Source: Reclinomonas americana ATCC 50394 (Eukaryota). Taken from it: a stretch of 64,000 nucleotides of DNA. A program made the translations under genes and the position numbers. The notes beneath the pieces were generated by a model. It saw only the letters and a list, made by a program, of their open reading frames with translations. It did not search any database and was not told where the DNA came from. The DNA lies in contig PS015009.1 in assembly GCA_048213135.1 (NCBI GenBank), positions 1,178,001-1,242,000 of the forward strand, read 5' to 3'. Below are positions 26,113 to 36,576 of this stretch, piece after piece (position 1 is the stretch's first letter; each line of letters starts with the position of its first letter).

Positions 26113-29100
26113 TTAACTGAATAGATATTCCACGTCGGCCTTGGTGAGCGCCTTTACAAAACTGGCATCATCTGCAATGAGTTCACTGGCCAGTTTCCGT
26201 TTCCTTTCCTGTAACTGCAGTATTTTATCCTCAATGGTATCGATACAGATCATCCGGTAGGCAAAAATGTTCTTCGTTTGCCCGATACGGTGCGTCCTGT
26301 CAATGGCCTGTTGTTCCACAGCGGGGTTCCACCAGGGGTCTACAATGTATACATAGTCTGCCGCGGTGAGGTTCAAACCCACACCACCCGCTTTCAGTGA
26401 GATGAGGAATACGCGGCATTCGTCATTGTTCTGGAAGTTCTGGATCGCTTTTTCCCTATCGGAAGCCGATGTGCTGCCGTCAAAGTATTCAAATGGTATA
26501 CCCTGCTCTTTCAGTTTTTCCTTGATGAGTGCCAGCATGCCCAGGAACTGGGAAAAGACGAGTGCTTTATGATCGCCGATATTCTCTGCAATTTCCCTGG
26601 CCAGCTCTTCGAGCTTGATGGAGTGGTTCGGGAACTTTTCTTCTTCGTTCAATATGGCCGGGCTGTCGCATATCTGGCGCAGCTTCATCAGGCCCTGTAA
26701 AATGGTGAGTTGTGATTTGTCGATGCCCTGTTCGTCGATAGTCCCCAGGATCTTATCGCGGTAGCTGTTGCGGTAAGCATCGTATATCTTCCGCTGTTCT
26801 TTCTCCATTTCGCAGAACAGGATGGTTTCTGTTTTTTCGGGAAGATCTTTCGCTACTTGTTCTTTTGTCCGGCGCAGGATGAAAGGGAACAGCAGTTTAC
26901 GCAGGTGTTCTTTCTGTTCCTGCTCACCAAACTTGTCGATGGGTGTAGCGAACTCGTTCCTGAAATATTCCATGCTGCCGAGCAGGCCCGGGTTAAGGAA
27001 GTTCATCTGGGCGAAAATATCGAACGTATTATTCTGTAATGGCGTACCACTCATACACAGCCTGTTCTTCGCGTTGAGCAGGGTGGCGGCCTTGGTTACT
27101 TTTGAAGTAGGGTTCTTGATCGCCTGGCTTTCATCGAGAATGATATAATCGAAATTGATTTTCAGCAGCAACTGGATATCGCTGCGTAAAGTTCCGTAAG
27201 TAGTGATCAGTATATTATGTTTCTGCAGTTCATCGGCACTGCGGCTGCGCAGGCTTCCGTGGTGGATATGCCAGCTCAGGGCAGGTGTGAACTTCTCTAC
27301 TTCATTCTTCCAGTTGTAGATGAGCGTAGTGGGGCACACAACGATCGCTTTAAGACTGCCATTCGCCGCCAGGTAATGATTGAGCATGGTCAGCGCCTGG
27401 ATGGTTTTACCCAAACCCATATCATCCGCCAGGATACCGCCCCAGCCCACATCGTTAAGATAATTGAGCCACTGGTAACCCGCTACCTGGTAAGGCCGCA
27501 GGATGGGTTGCAGGTGTTCGGGCGCTTCAATTTTAGGAATGTGTTTGAATTCCTTCAGCCGCTCATATTTTTCATCCAGTTCAAAACTCAGTTCGGCCTC
27601 ATTCCTGTTCTCATACAACTCGTCGATAACGCTCATGTGGTACTTGGACAGGCGCAACTGGTTGCTGCGGCCCTCGCCTACTTTAAAGAGCAGGGAGTAG
27701 CGTTTCAGCCATTCGTCTGGCAGTATACCCAATGTGCCGTCCGACAACTGTACGAATGATTGTTTATTGACAAGCGCTCTTTTAATATCGTCGATGCCTA
27801 CCCGCTGATCACCGAATTCGATCTCCACACGGGCATCAAACCAGTCGAGACCGCTGCTTACATGGATATGCGTGTTGGGCCTCGCCGTGTTGAAACGGAA
27901 GTTGCGGAGCGCTTCAAAGCCATACACGGGTATCTTCATATCCTTCATGGCATCCACGAAAAGGAAGAACCAGTTGTTGCGAAGTACATCGGAACCTTTC
28001 AGTACCAGGCTGCTGCCTTCGTGCGGACGGGAGAACTGCGAATGCAGGCCTTCCAGCTTTTTGATGAAAGCTTCTTCCGCTTCTTTATTGCGGTTAATGA
28101 TGAGTATTTTATCACCTTCCGGTATGGTGATGGTGGCTTTATCGGTGGGCCTGGTTTCGTATCCTTTGTAACTGAACACCGGCTGAAATACCAGGTAGTC
28201 GCCTTTTTCCTGCAACAGCAGTTTTACTTCCGGGTCGCCGCTCTTCACCTCTTTTACCAGGGTTTTATCAAACTCCACCTGGTATTCCCTTGTCAGCGGC
28301 AGTATCACTTTCTGCATCTGCTCGGGCCAGTTGTTTTTATCGAGCCGGATATTTTCTTTGCCAATAAATTTTTCCGCCTGCAGCACATCTTCTGTTTTCT
28401 GCCACAGGAAAAGGGTGCCGTCGTACAGGAATACAAGGCTGCTGCCGCATTCGTTGTCAGAAAAAGGAACCGTACTGCCATTCAGTTTCACCATGCAGGC
28501 CAGTTCAAAATGATTATTCTTGGCCACCACTTTAAAAACAGGTGCCGCGGGCCGGTCAGACAATTCAAGATCAACCAGGTTATCTGTTTTGAACGTTTTC
28601 TTTTCCGGCAGGTAATACACAAAAGGATTTGAAGCCTGTTCTTCCAGTATCTTTTTCAGTTTGGGATGCAGGTATTCCGCGATAAGGGCTTTGGTTTCTT
28701 CCGGCAGTTCATCACCTTCATTCTGGATGATGTTTTCCCAGATACCGCTGAAGGGCGAGTTCCTGTCGAGGTATTTATTGATCTCCGCGGGTTGCAGTTT
28801 GCGTACCTGCTGGAGCAATTGTTTGTCTTCTTCACTGTAAGCTTCTGTACTCACAAATTTGCTCAGGTCGAGTTTTTCAACCTTACCTGCAAATTGCCTG
28901 TTGTCGTCGGCTGCTTCACCCTGCACCAGGTCGGCATTGAAATAAGGATATGCCGTGGTATTGAAATTGAACACAAGCCCGAGTCTTTTTGCAGGCTGCT
29001 CTTCCACTATTATTTCGGCGGGCGGGGCTTCGGCCACTTCTTTCTGCGGAACCGGTTTGGCCGGAACGCTGCCCGGTGCTACTCTTTTAATGGAAGTATC

Positions 29101-29868
29101 CAGTACTTTCAGGAAAGGTTTTCCTTCTTTATACGTGAACTCGAATTTTCCCGACAAATCATCATCGAGGCTGTAGCCATATATCTGCAGCAGCTTATTC
29201 TTTTCTTTATCCCAGTTGCGGATGCTGTCGAAATAAAATGGACCGAAAGCGTTCAGTAGCTGGAGAAACAGCAATGTTTTATGTTGGCATAACGGGTGTT
29301 CGGTTTCATCGCAACGGCAGGAGGTATCGAAATTGCGTTCATCGTTTTTTTGTATGACCAGCGGATACACTTCTCCTTCATAATTCAGTTCCGCTTCCAC
29401 GCGTTCGTCCGCCGCTTTCAGGATAGTAGCCCTGGTAGTGCGCAGCATATTTTCCGCCTGCGTAAAAATTGTGGGCGACGACAGCATTTTGACCATTTTC
29501 AGATCAATGTGCTTCATCTTGGCGACGGTGTGACGCTGGTTGTATTCGATGGCGGTATTACCCAGCAGGTTCTTGTCCGTCATTTCCTGCAAACGCAGCA
29601 TGGCTGCGGCTTCGTGGCGGCAAATGTCGCCCAGGTTGTAAGGGCAGCTGCAGCGGACGGTAATACCTTTGGGGTCGGCGTATTTCTGAATATATACTTT
29701 GTAAAAGGTGTTGTAGCTGTCGTCTTTAACACGAAAAACAACGCTGCCCATCAGCTGGTCGTGCTCCACCAGTTCCACGAAACCCATAGCGTGTATTTTC
29801 TTCCCACGCCGGATCACTTCATCGGTACCGTTATTATAGACGTGCTTGATCAGGTGCGATAAGGCCAT
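26113..29868 (-). CDS. SNF2-family helicase with N-terminal SWIM zinc fingers
   Basis: CSCP....CRH and CRC....C.H; GILADDMGLGKT, DESQ, SGTPLQN, SLKAGGVGLNLT, DPWWNP, DRTHRIGQ. Confidence 0.95.
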   Translation of the reverse strand: MALSHLIKHVYNNGTDEVIRRGKKIHAMGFVELVEHDQLMGSVVFRVKDDSYNTFYKVYIQKYADPKGITVRCSCPYNLGDICRHEAAAMLRLQEMTDKNLLGNTAIEYNQRHTVAKMKHIDLKMVKMLSSPTIFTQAENMLRTTRATILKAADERVEAELNYEGEVYPLVIQKNDERNFDTSCRCDETEHPLCQHKTLLFLQLLNAFGPFYFDSIRNWDKEKNKLLQIYGYSLDDDLSGKFEFTYKEGKPFLKVLDTSIKRVAPGSVPAKPVPQKEVAEAPPAEIIVEEQPAKRLGLVFNFNTTAYPYFNADLVQGEAADDNRQFAGKVEKLDLSKFVSTEAYSEEDKQLLQQVRKLQPAEINKYLDRNSPFSGIWENIIQNEGDELPEETKALIAEYLHPKLKKILEEQASNPFVYYLPEKKTFKTDNLVDLELSDRPAAPVFKVVAKNNHFELACMVKLNGSTVPFSDNECGSSLVFLYDGTLFLWQKTEDVLQAEKFIGKENIRLDKNNWPEQMQKVILPLTREYQVEFDKTLVKEVKSGDPEVKLLLQEKGDYLVFQPVFSYKGYETRPTDKATITIPEGDKILIINRNKEAEEAFIKKLEGLHSQFSRPHEGSSLVLKGSDVLRNNWFFLFVDAMKDMKIPVYGFEALRNFRFNTARPNTHIHVSSGLDWFDARVEIEFGDQRVGIDDIKRALVNKQSFVQLSDGTLGILPDEWLKRYSLLFKVGEGRSNQLRLSKYHMSVIDELYENRNEAELSFELDEKYERLKEFKHIPKIEAPEHLQPILRPYQVAGYQWLNYLNDVGWGGILADDMGLGKTIQALTMLNHYLAANGSLKAIVVCPTTLIYNWKNEVEKFTPALSWHIHHGSLRSRSADELQKHNILITTYGTLRSDIQLLLKINFDYIILDESQAIKNPTSKVTKAATLLNAKNRLCMSGTPLQNNTFDIFAQMNFLNPGLLGSMEYFRNEFATPIDKFGEQEQKEHLRKLLFPFILRRTKEQVAKDLPEKTETILFCEMEKEQRKIYDAYRNSYRDKILGTIDEQGIDKSQLTILQGLMKLRQICDSPAILNEEEKFPNHSIKLEELAREIAENIGDHKALVFSQFLGMLALIKEKLKEQGIPFEYFDGSTSASDREKAIQNFQNNDECRVFLISLKAGGVGLNLTAADYVYIVDPWWNPAVEQQAIDRTHRIGQTKNIFAYRMICIDTIEDKILQLQERKRKLASELIADDASFVKALTKADVEYLFS

Positions 29869-30071
29869 TGGTTATCCTATTGCCAGTTTATAATTCCGGG
29901 CTTTGCTGACATCCGTTCCGAAAAGGGCAATTTGCAAAAGTAACGGAAAATAAGTGAGAGATCGGGATTTTGAGGAAAGTATGTTGGGAAAAAGAAATGT
30001 TAAAATGGGCGATTAACGACGGCCGACAGACTACAGACAACTGACCACGGGAAAATGAAGGCTATATTATT

Positions 30072-30187
30072 CACCGGGGTATCGTGCCGAAGACCACGGC
30101 AGAACATAAGAGGTAAAGCGACATGCAACGGTAAATTGTCCTGCGCTGTTATTCACCGGGGTCTCATTCCGAAGACCCCGTCGGAAC
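30072..30187 (-). repeat. Two REP-like palindromes (30072-30105 degenerate; 30154-30187)
   Basis: Reverse complements of GTTCCGNCGGGGTCTTCGGAANGAGACCCCGGTG. Confidence 0.85.
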
Positions 30188-30236
30188 AAGAAAACATCCG
30201 CACATTTACACATCCGCATATTCACACATCTTCAAA

Positions 30237-30965
30237 TCATCCCTTCACCAATTTCCCATCCTGGTAGATCACCAGCACATTGGCGCCATCTGGAGTGAGG
30301 CAGTATTCCATGTCCTTATCGAGTCCGTAACCTGAAAGGCGGAGATAGTGGGATGCCCGTTTGTTTTTCATGAAACTAAAAAGATCGGGTTGCGCTTCCA
30401 GGTAAAGCGATTCGGCGATCTTCGACGCGTCGCAGTTAATCGTGAAATATTCTTTTATGCGGTTGATCACAGCTCCGGCAAAAAGCGTGTCCTCAATATT
30501 CACCCTGTCTTTCCAGGCGGCGCACCCCAGTATCACTGGTTTTTTCTGTGCTACCAGGTAATCGCAAACCGCGCTGATGTTGGGAAAGGAGCCGGTGAGT
30601 ATGGATTTGGCATTTTTATCCAGCGCCATGTGCAGCAGCTTGGTGCCATTGGTGGTAGTAAGCACCAGGGTTTTGTCTTTGATGAATGACGGGGGGTATT
30701 CAAACGGAGAGTTCCCGTAGGTCAGTCCTTCCGCTACCTGCCCGTCGCGTTCACCCGCTGTAATGCTGTCGATCTGTTTACCGATGCGGATGCATTCGGC
30801 CACACTGTCAACAGGTATAATGCTTTTGGCACCATTGTGTATTGCGGTAGCGATGGTGGATGTGGCTCTTAATACATCTATAATAACAACGATGCTGCTG
30901 GTAACGTCGTACAGGTGCAGCAGTGCGGGAGAGAGGCAGGTATGTAGTTCGGGTTGGGTTTCCAT
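30237..30965 (-). CDS. comB: 2-phosphosulfolactate phosphatase family
   Basis: VIIDVLRATSTI, GERDG, GNSP, LTTTNGT, EDTLFAG. Confidence 0.9.
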   Translation of the reverse strand: METQPELHTCLSPALLHLYDVTSSIVVIIDVLRATSTIATAIHNGAKSIIPVDSVAECIRIGKQIDSITAGERDGQVAEGLTYGNSPFEYPPSFIKDKTLVLTTTNGTKLLHMALDKNAKSILTGSFPNISAVCDYLVAQKKPVILGCAAWKDRVNIEDTLFAGAVINRIKEYFTINCDASKIAESLYLEAQPDLFSFMKNKRASHYLRLSGYGLDKDMEYCLTPDGANVLVIYQDGKLVKG

Positions 30966-31047
30966 TTTTTTTCAATTAAACTTTACGCTATTACCAGACG
31001 GTCACAAAGACCGGTCGGTTGCATAAACATTACCGGAAGTCTGAAAT

Positions 31048-31521
31048 TTAATACAGAACGGCCTTCCATTTATCCGTTTCGGCATACTGTTTTATCACCG
31101 CATTGCGGTGCAGCAGGAGTTTTTCAAGATAGGATTTCAGGTAAAATTTGTTCATCCATTTGCCCAGCACACCATAGGGTGTTTCAAACTGCATCTGGTC
31201 GATCATGATGGTACCGTTGTCTACAGCTTTGAAATGATGTTCATGACGCAGACTTTTAAAATCGCCATCGATCATTTCATCTACAAATACCTGTGGCACC
31301 GTCATGGCGCTGATCTTTGAAGTGAAACGCCTGGTTTTGAACAGGTGTCTGGCCTGCCAGGTTACGGTCTCTCCTTCATTGATCAATCCCGATGTTACCC
31401 CGGCAATGGCTTCTTCGCCGGTATGCGCCGTCGATATTTTATGCAGGTTGATGCTCCGGCTCAGGTCAAATACCCTTTCTACCGGGGCGGCAATGAACGT
31501 GGTGAGGTGAATGAACGGCAT
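31048..31521 (-). CDS. SRPBCC family protein
   Basis: I.AP.ERVFDLSRSI.LH, TVTW.ARH, F.DEM..G.F....HEHHF. Confidence 0.85.
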   Translation of the reverse strand: MPFIHLTTFIAAPVERVFDLSRSINLHKISTAHTGEEAIAGVTSGLINEGETVTWQARHLFKTRRFTSKISAMTVPQVFVDEMIDGDFKSLRHEHHFKAVDNGTIMIDQMQFETPYGVLGKWMNKFYLKSYLEKLLLHRNAVIKQYAETDKWKAVLY

Positions 31522-31539
31522 GTTGATTGAACAAAGGCT

Positions 31540-32625
31540 TTATTCAAAAGGAATTTTTACCACTTTCGCTTTGAGCAATGTATTGCGGATGCTGATGTAA
31601 ATTTCTGTGTCGATGGCCGCCTGGGCGGTTGCTACATAACCCATGCCAATGGCTTTACCCAGCGATGGTGATTGTGTTCCGGAAGTAACCCTGCCAATGA
31701 CCATACCTTCAAAATCCTTGATCTCGTATCCCTGGCGGGCGATCCCTTTTTCCATCATTTCAAAACCCACCAGTTTTTTGGTAAGGCCCTGTTCTTTTTG
31801 TTTTACAAAGTAGTCGCTGTTGGTAAACGTTTTGCTGAACTTGGTGATCCAGCCCAAGCCGGCTTCCAGCGGAGATGTAGTATCGTCGATGTCGTTTCCG
31901 TAAAGACAGTAACCCATTTCCAGGCGGAGCGTATCGCGTGCACCCAGGCCAATGGGCTTAATACCCTGCGCAGCACCCGCCGCGAAAATGGCATCCCATA
32001 CTTTACCGGCAGCACCGTCTTTATCTTCAAAATAGATCTCAACGCCACCGGCGCCGGTATAACCTGTTGCGCTGATCACTACATTATCCACACCGGCAAA
32101 TACGCCTTTGCAGAAGGTATAATACTTCAGGTTCATGATATCCATATCCGTGAGTGGCTGCAGTATTTTAGTGGCATTAGGGCCCTGAATGGCCAGCAGG
32201 CAGGTTTTGTCGGAAATGTTGTGCATTTCCACGTTGCCGGTATTGAACTGTGATATCCAATTCCAATCCTTTTCAATATTACTGGCGTTTACTACCAGCA
32301 TGTATACATTATTGGTCTCGATACAATATACCAGCAGGTCATCCACAATACCGCCGTCGTTGTTAGGCAGGCAGCTGTACTGTGCTTTGCCATCGGTAAG
32401 TTTGGAAGCATCGTTACTGGTCACCCTTTGTATCAGGTCGAGGGCGCCGGGTCCTTTCAGGATAAACTCTCCCATATGGCTTACATCGAATACGCCGGCA
32501 TTGTTACGCACCGCGGCGTGTTCATCGTTGATGCCCGAATAACTGATGGGCATATTGTAACCGGCAAATTCAGCCATTTTCGCACCTAAGGCGATATGTT
32601 TATCGGTAAAGGGGGTGTTTTTCAT
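31540..32625 (-). CDS. gcvT: Glycine cleavage system aminomethyltransferase T
   Basis: [36 protein letters not shown]. Confidence 0.97.
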   Translation of the reverse strand: MKNTPFTDKHIALGAKMAEFAGYNMPISYSGINDEHAAVRNNAGVFDVSHMGEFILKGPGALDLIQRVTSNDASKLTDGKAQYSCLPNNDGGIVDDLLVYCIETNNVYMLVVNASNIEKDWNWISQFNTGNVEMHNISDKTCLLAIQGPNATKILQPLTDMDIMNLKYYTFCKGVFAGVDNVVISATGYTGAGGVEIYFEDKDGAAGKVWDAIFAAGAAQGIKPIGLGARDTLRLEMGYCLYGNDIDDTTSPLEAGLGWITKFSKTFTNSDYFVKQKEQGLTKKLVGFEMMEKGIARQGYEIKDFEGMVIGRVTSGTQSPSLGKAIGMGYVATAQAAIDTEIYISIRNTLLKAKVVKIPFE

Positions 32626-32738
32626 TAATCCGTTATGTGATTTTTATAAAATAAATGATCCGGTTGGCAAATGTAAGGCCTTATTTAATAAAGCCCGCTG
32701 AAGAAGAAAAGTAGTTTTATTGCCTGCCGGATGCCCGT

Positions 32739-32777
32739 AAAAAAACAGGCTCTTACCGGATTACCAGTAAGAGCCTG
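32739..32777 (-). terminator. Intrinsic terminator
   Basis: A tract followed by CAGGCTCTTAC...GTAAGAGCCTG. Confidence 0.8.
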
Positions 32778-32789
32778 AGGAAGGACCGG

Positions 32790-33164
32790 TTAATACATGG
32801 TCAGCGTGCCATTAAGAATAACATAGTCCGATGCATTATTCTGGTTAACGAAATTACAGCGCCAGCCACTTGCGGTCAATGTGCCGCTTACCAGTGTCAT
32901 TCGCGGGGGCTGTTCGATCATGGTTACGGTGTAGGTGCTGTATCCAAGCGGATCAACGATGCTAACACCGGTTACATTATTGGGTGTGCTTAATGTGTTC
33001 CAGGTAACGTATACATCAACGTTATTGGAATTGCTGCTCAACACCGATAAGCGGTAACCAAAAAAAAGTTTTAACGGCGCTTTGGCGGGTGGTTCAACCG
33101 AACGGGTAAAAGAGGTAAAGAGAACAAAAAGCGCAAGCAGGGATAAACTGAGTGTTTTTTTCAT
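32790..33164 (-). CDS. Hypothetical secreted beta-rich protein
   Basis: MKKTLSLSLLALFVLFTSF signal-like N-terminus; own terminator. Confidence 0.7.
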   Translation of the reverse strand: MKKTLSLSLLALFVLFTSFTRSVEPPAKAPLKLFFGYRLSVLSSNSNNVDVYVTWNTLSTPNNVTGVSIVDPLGYSTYTVTMIEQPPRMTLVSGTLTASGWRCNFVNQNNASDYVILNGTLTMY

Positions 33165-33338
33165 ACTGGTAGTTTTAGATTAAAAAATGATTGGTGCCGC
33201 CCTGCAGCAGCAGGACCGGCTCCAGGTAAAATACCATTTTTTTTTGACGAATCCCATCTTTACTGGCAAATAGATGCTTCGTTTCCTCAGCATGACTAAT
33301 AAGCGGGGAATTCAAACTGGCGCACTATCTAAAAAAGC

Positions 33339-33370
33339 AAAAAAAAAGTCCCGCCAGGAAATAGCGGGAC
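33339..33370 (-). terminator. Intrinsic terminator of pspC
   Basis: A9 followed by GTCCCGC...GCGGGAC. Confidence 0.85.
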
Positions 33371-33410
33371 GTTGTTGGTTTCAACTTCAACTCAACTATT
33401 GAAACGATCT

Positions 33411-35660
33411 TTAATTAAATGTTGCCATGGGGTCAACCACCGGGAACCTGTACACACTTAATGGCTCCGTATCTGTTCCGGCAGCGGTTTTATTCATCTT
33501 TTCCAGTTGCTCCCTGCTTTTCTGGTTTTCTTTATCCCTGTTCTCTATCGCCTTCCTGATGGAATCTTTCTGGCGCTGGTCTTCCTGCTGTTGTTTCAGT
33601 TTCAGGGAGTCAACCGCGTTGGCCGGGGTTGCAGGTGTGGTTGTGTTGTTTTTGTTACGGTCATCATACCTGTAGTTATCCGGACTGGTATTTATTTCAA
33701 TACCATCTTTATTAATACGTACACGGGAGTTGCCGTTATTGTCCCAGTCGTCGTCGCGGTGGTCCCTTACTTCTTTGGCGGTACGGCCATCGAGGGCATG
33801 CAGGCCGTCGGCTTTCATCACGTAAGTGAAGTTGCTGATCCAGTCGTGTTCCTCGTCCCTGAAGTCGATATCAAAATCGCCGTCGTTGAAAGGAGTATGG
33901 AAACGTACATTGTTGTACCAACCCACATCACCATTTATACGTATTTGTTTACCCACCGGAACGTATATGCGCAGGATGATACGCTGGTTGCGGAATTTGT
34001 CGGTTTTATTGATCGCGATGCCCTGATCCAGTTTAAGAACGGTATCCATTTGCTGGACGCCGAATCGGATCCTGGACGCCTGTTCGCGGGCCTGTGCACG
34101 GGTGCGGCCGTCGGCCATCCTGATCATGGTTATCCTGAAACTGTCGTTGGCTGATTTCACGATCTGTATATCGTAGTTCTTCACGTAAGCGGTGTCATCG
34201 TCGATGCCGGTGAAGGGTTCAAACCTGAGCCAGCGGTTGCGGGTATACCTTTGCAGGGGTGTTTCGGAAGTGATTTCCAGTTTATCCACTTTAGGATTCA
34301 CCAGTGTTACCTGTTCCTCAACAATATTATCGTTGGTGTTTTTGAAATCACGTGCTACGGATGAAATGAGCAGTATAAAACATAACCAGCCCAGTATCCA
34401 TATAGAGATGAAAGAAAGGCGGATCATTTTGCTGCCGGTCTTTACCTTGGCCAGTTTACGGATCAGCCAGGTGATAACACCGATGAGCGGAGCTGCGATG
34501 AAGAACAGCAGTGTTCCCCAGGCATAAGCGTTCTGCCATCCTTCTGTGATAAGGAAGTCTTTCAGCGGGAAGATACCGATGGCGGCAATACCCAGTCCGA
34601 ACAGGGCGGCCAGTACAGCGAATCCCACACAACCTATAATGAAGTAGCCGAATATTTTAAAGAGCAGGGCAATGATATCGCCAAGAGATGTGCCGGTTCG
34701 TTTGGCCGCCTTGTTCATTTCAGCGCCCATGGCCTTACTTTTTTCAGTAGTGAAAGCAGCAGCTTCCTCACCGAATTTTTTAGCCCTTTGCTGAACACCT
34801 TTCATTTCTTCCATTACGGAATTCTTGATGGAGTTGAGGTCGATCTTTTCGCCTTTCATTTCCAGTTTTTCGGCTGTAGTTACGGCTTCGGGGATCACCA
34901 ACCAGAGAATGATATAGACGATAAGTGCACCCGGACTGAATCCTACACGAAGGAAATCGGGGAAGTCCATATAACCCCAGTGGCCCCAGCGGAAGGCGAA
35001 GCTCAGGAAAGGCAGCAGAAACAGCAGCCTGGGTATCCATACGTTCACGCCAAAATAGTTGGCGATACCGCTGCACACGCCGGCGATCCATTTGTCATCA
35101 CCATCGCGGTACAGTTTTTTTCTTGTGCCGCCGATCTCCACATCCGTACTGTTGGGCAGGAATATCCAGAGCAGGATATATACAAAGAAACCAACGCCGG
35201 TTACGATAAAGAGGATGCGAACGATGAGTGAATCGATATTGAAATAATTAGCGATACCGGCACACACACCACCGAGTATTTTATTATTCTCGTCGCGGTA
35301 CAGGCGTTTGGGCCTGGCGGCAGTAAAGGGTTCGCCCTGCTGCGACTGTTGCTGCTGGCCGGTATTGGCCTGTGTACCCTGGGCGGCTGAGTCGCCGGAA
35401 GTTTCAAAGTCTTCGGGGCGGCCCATACTGTTGATGATGGCGTTTACATCATCATCGGTGATACAGGTGGCGCCTTTCTGCAGGCGTTCCTGGAAGAGTT
35501 CTCCTATACGGCTTTCGATATCGTTGATGATCTCTTCCTTGCCTTCTTCATTGGCAAAGTGCCGGTTAAGGCTCTCCGTATAGTTTTTCAGCAGTTCAAA
35601 CGCTGTAACTTCTATGGGTACAACGCGTCCCTGGAAGTTTATGTTGATTACTTGTTTCAT
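33411..35660 (-). CDS. PspC-domain membrane protein (two PspC repeats, large periplasmic domain)
   Basis: DIESRI.E, MGRPEDF, LYRD....GGVCAG twice, YIILW..IP.A.T..EKLEMKGE. Confidence 0.9.
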   Translation of the reverse strand: MKQVININFQGRVVPIEVTAFELLKNYTESLNRHFANEEGKEEIINDIESRIGELFQERLQKGATCITDDDVNAIINSMGRPEDFETSGDSAAQGTQANTGQQQQSQQGEPFTAARPKRLYRDENNKILGGVCAGIANYFNIDSLIVRILFIVTGVGFFVYILLWIFLPNSTDVEIGGTRKKLYRDGDDKWIAGVCSGIANYFGVNVWIPRLLFLLPFLSFAFRWGHWGYMDFPDFLRVGFSPGALIVYIILWLVIPEAVTTAEKLEMKGEKIDLNSIKNSVMEEMKGVQQRAKKFGEEAAAFTTEKSKAMGAEMNKAAKRTGTSLGDIIALLFKIFGYFIIGCVGFAVLAALFGLGIAAIGIFPLKDFLITEGWQNAYAWGTLLFFIAAPLIGVITWLIRKLAKVKTGSKMIRLSFISIWILGWLCFILLISSVARDFKNTNDNIVEEQVTLVNPKVDKLEITSETPLQRYTRNRWLRFEPFTGIDDDTAYVKNYDIQIVKSANDSFRITMIRMADGRTRAQAREQASRIRFGVQQMDTVLKLDQGIAINKTDKFRNQRIILRIYVPVGKQIRINGDVGWYNNVRFHTPFNDGDFDIDFRDEEHDWISNFTYVMKADGLHALDGRTAKEVRDHRDDDWDNNGNSRVRINKDGIEINTSPDNYRYDDRNKNNTTTPATPANAVDSLKLKQQQEDQRQKDSIRKAIENRDKENQKSREQLEKMNKTAAGTDTEPLSVYRFPVVDPMATFN

Positions 35661-35737
35661 GGCTAAATGTTTTCTGTTTCGTTAGTTGATGGTTCCCAAC
35701 GGTTCCCGGCAAAAGGAACATGGCTATACTTTATTTT

Positions 35738-36103
35738 TTATTGGGTGTCGTTGAAGTTGTCGGTCTGTGATAGTTGTTCTGCTTCCGTAAGGGCTTTTAC
35801 CGCGTTGGCCAGTTCAAACCAGGTGGCTTCCAGCTCCTTGTAAAATTCCGCTCCTTTATCGGTCAGCGAAAAATATTTCCGCGGCGGTCCGCTGTTACTT
35901 TCCACCCAGCGGTAAGTGAGGAATTCTGCGTTTTTAAGCCTGGTCAGCAACGGGTAAAGGGTACCCTCCAGAATGTTGAGGTTGGCCGCCTTCATCTTAT
36001 CTATGATATCCGAAGGATATGCCTCCCCCTGCTTGATGACGGACAGGATACAAAATTCCAGTACCCCTTTCCGCATCTGGCTGGCTGTGTTATCAATATT
36101 CAT
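35738..36103 (-). CDS. PadR family transcriptional regulator
   Basis: QMRKGVLE, EGTLYPLLTRL, W.ES..GPPRKYF.LT. Confidence 0.95.
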   Translation of the reverse strand: MNIDNTASQMRKGVLEFCILSVIKQGEAYPSDIIDKMKAANLNILEGTLYPLLTRLKNAEFLTYRWVESNSGPPRKYFSLTDKGAEFYKELEATWFELANAVKALTEAEQLSQTDNFNDTQ

Positions 36104-36216
36104 GGCATCAATGTTTTAAAAATCATGGCTATACTTTAAGAAAGTGAAAAGTCCTGGTCCTGCATCCGAAATCCGGTTTTTCTTACTGCCAACCCCGGAA
36201 CTATCGCTTTCTGACA

Positions 36217-36256
36217 CAAAGATAATAACATTTTAGTACTATGCAACACATAATAC
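36217..36256 (-). promoter_or_regulatory. padR promoter with candidate PadR operator
   Basis: CAAAGATA 36217-36224; GTACTATG-N5-CATAATAC 36236-36256. Confidence 0.55.
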
Positions 36257-36576
36257 CATATTTTTTATAGTAGCTTGTGCTGAATATTACAAGAACAAGT
36301 TATAATTAACTGTAAATCAATAATATGATGAGGTAAAAAAAATTCCATGAATTTTTCCGCTTGTGATGAGTGGTGAAAAATATCCCTCGAATGGCGGAAA
36401 AATGCCTTCCTGCGGGGCCATTTCAGTTGTTAAAACATTCTTATTACCTTGTTGCCGGAGTAACATATATACAGGCCCTGCGTCCCAATAGCAGGAACCG
36501 GTTATCATGGAGTTAAATCAATTGTAACACTTATCTCCCGGCACCTCATTTGTTACTGAACTAAAAAGAGATCGCT

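Noticed and set aside
26113-29868. SNF2 helicase as part of a defence island
   Set aside because: It has the standalone SWIM-SNF2 architecture, with no methylase, nuclease or other defence partners nearby.
32626-32790. Glycine riboswitch before gcvT
   Set aside because: No aptamer motifs; a TACATTTG element lies only ~40 bp from the start codon.
33272-33296. AGATGCTTCGTTTCCTCAGCATGAC, resembling a repeat I recall from Bacteroidota intergenic DNA
   Set aside because: Single copy in the window, so it cannot be supported from this sequence alone.
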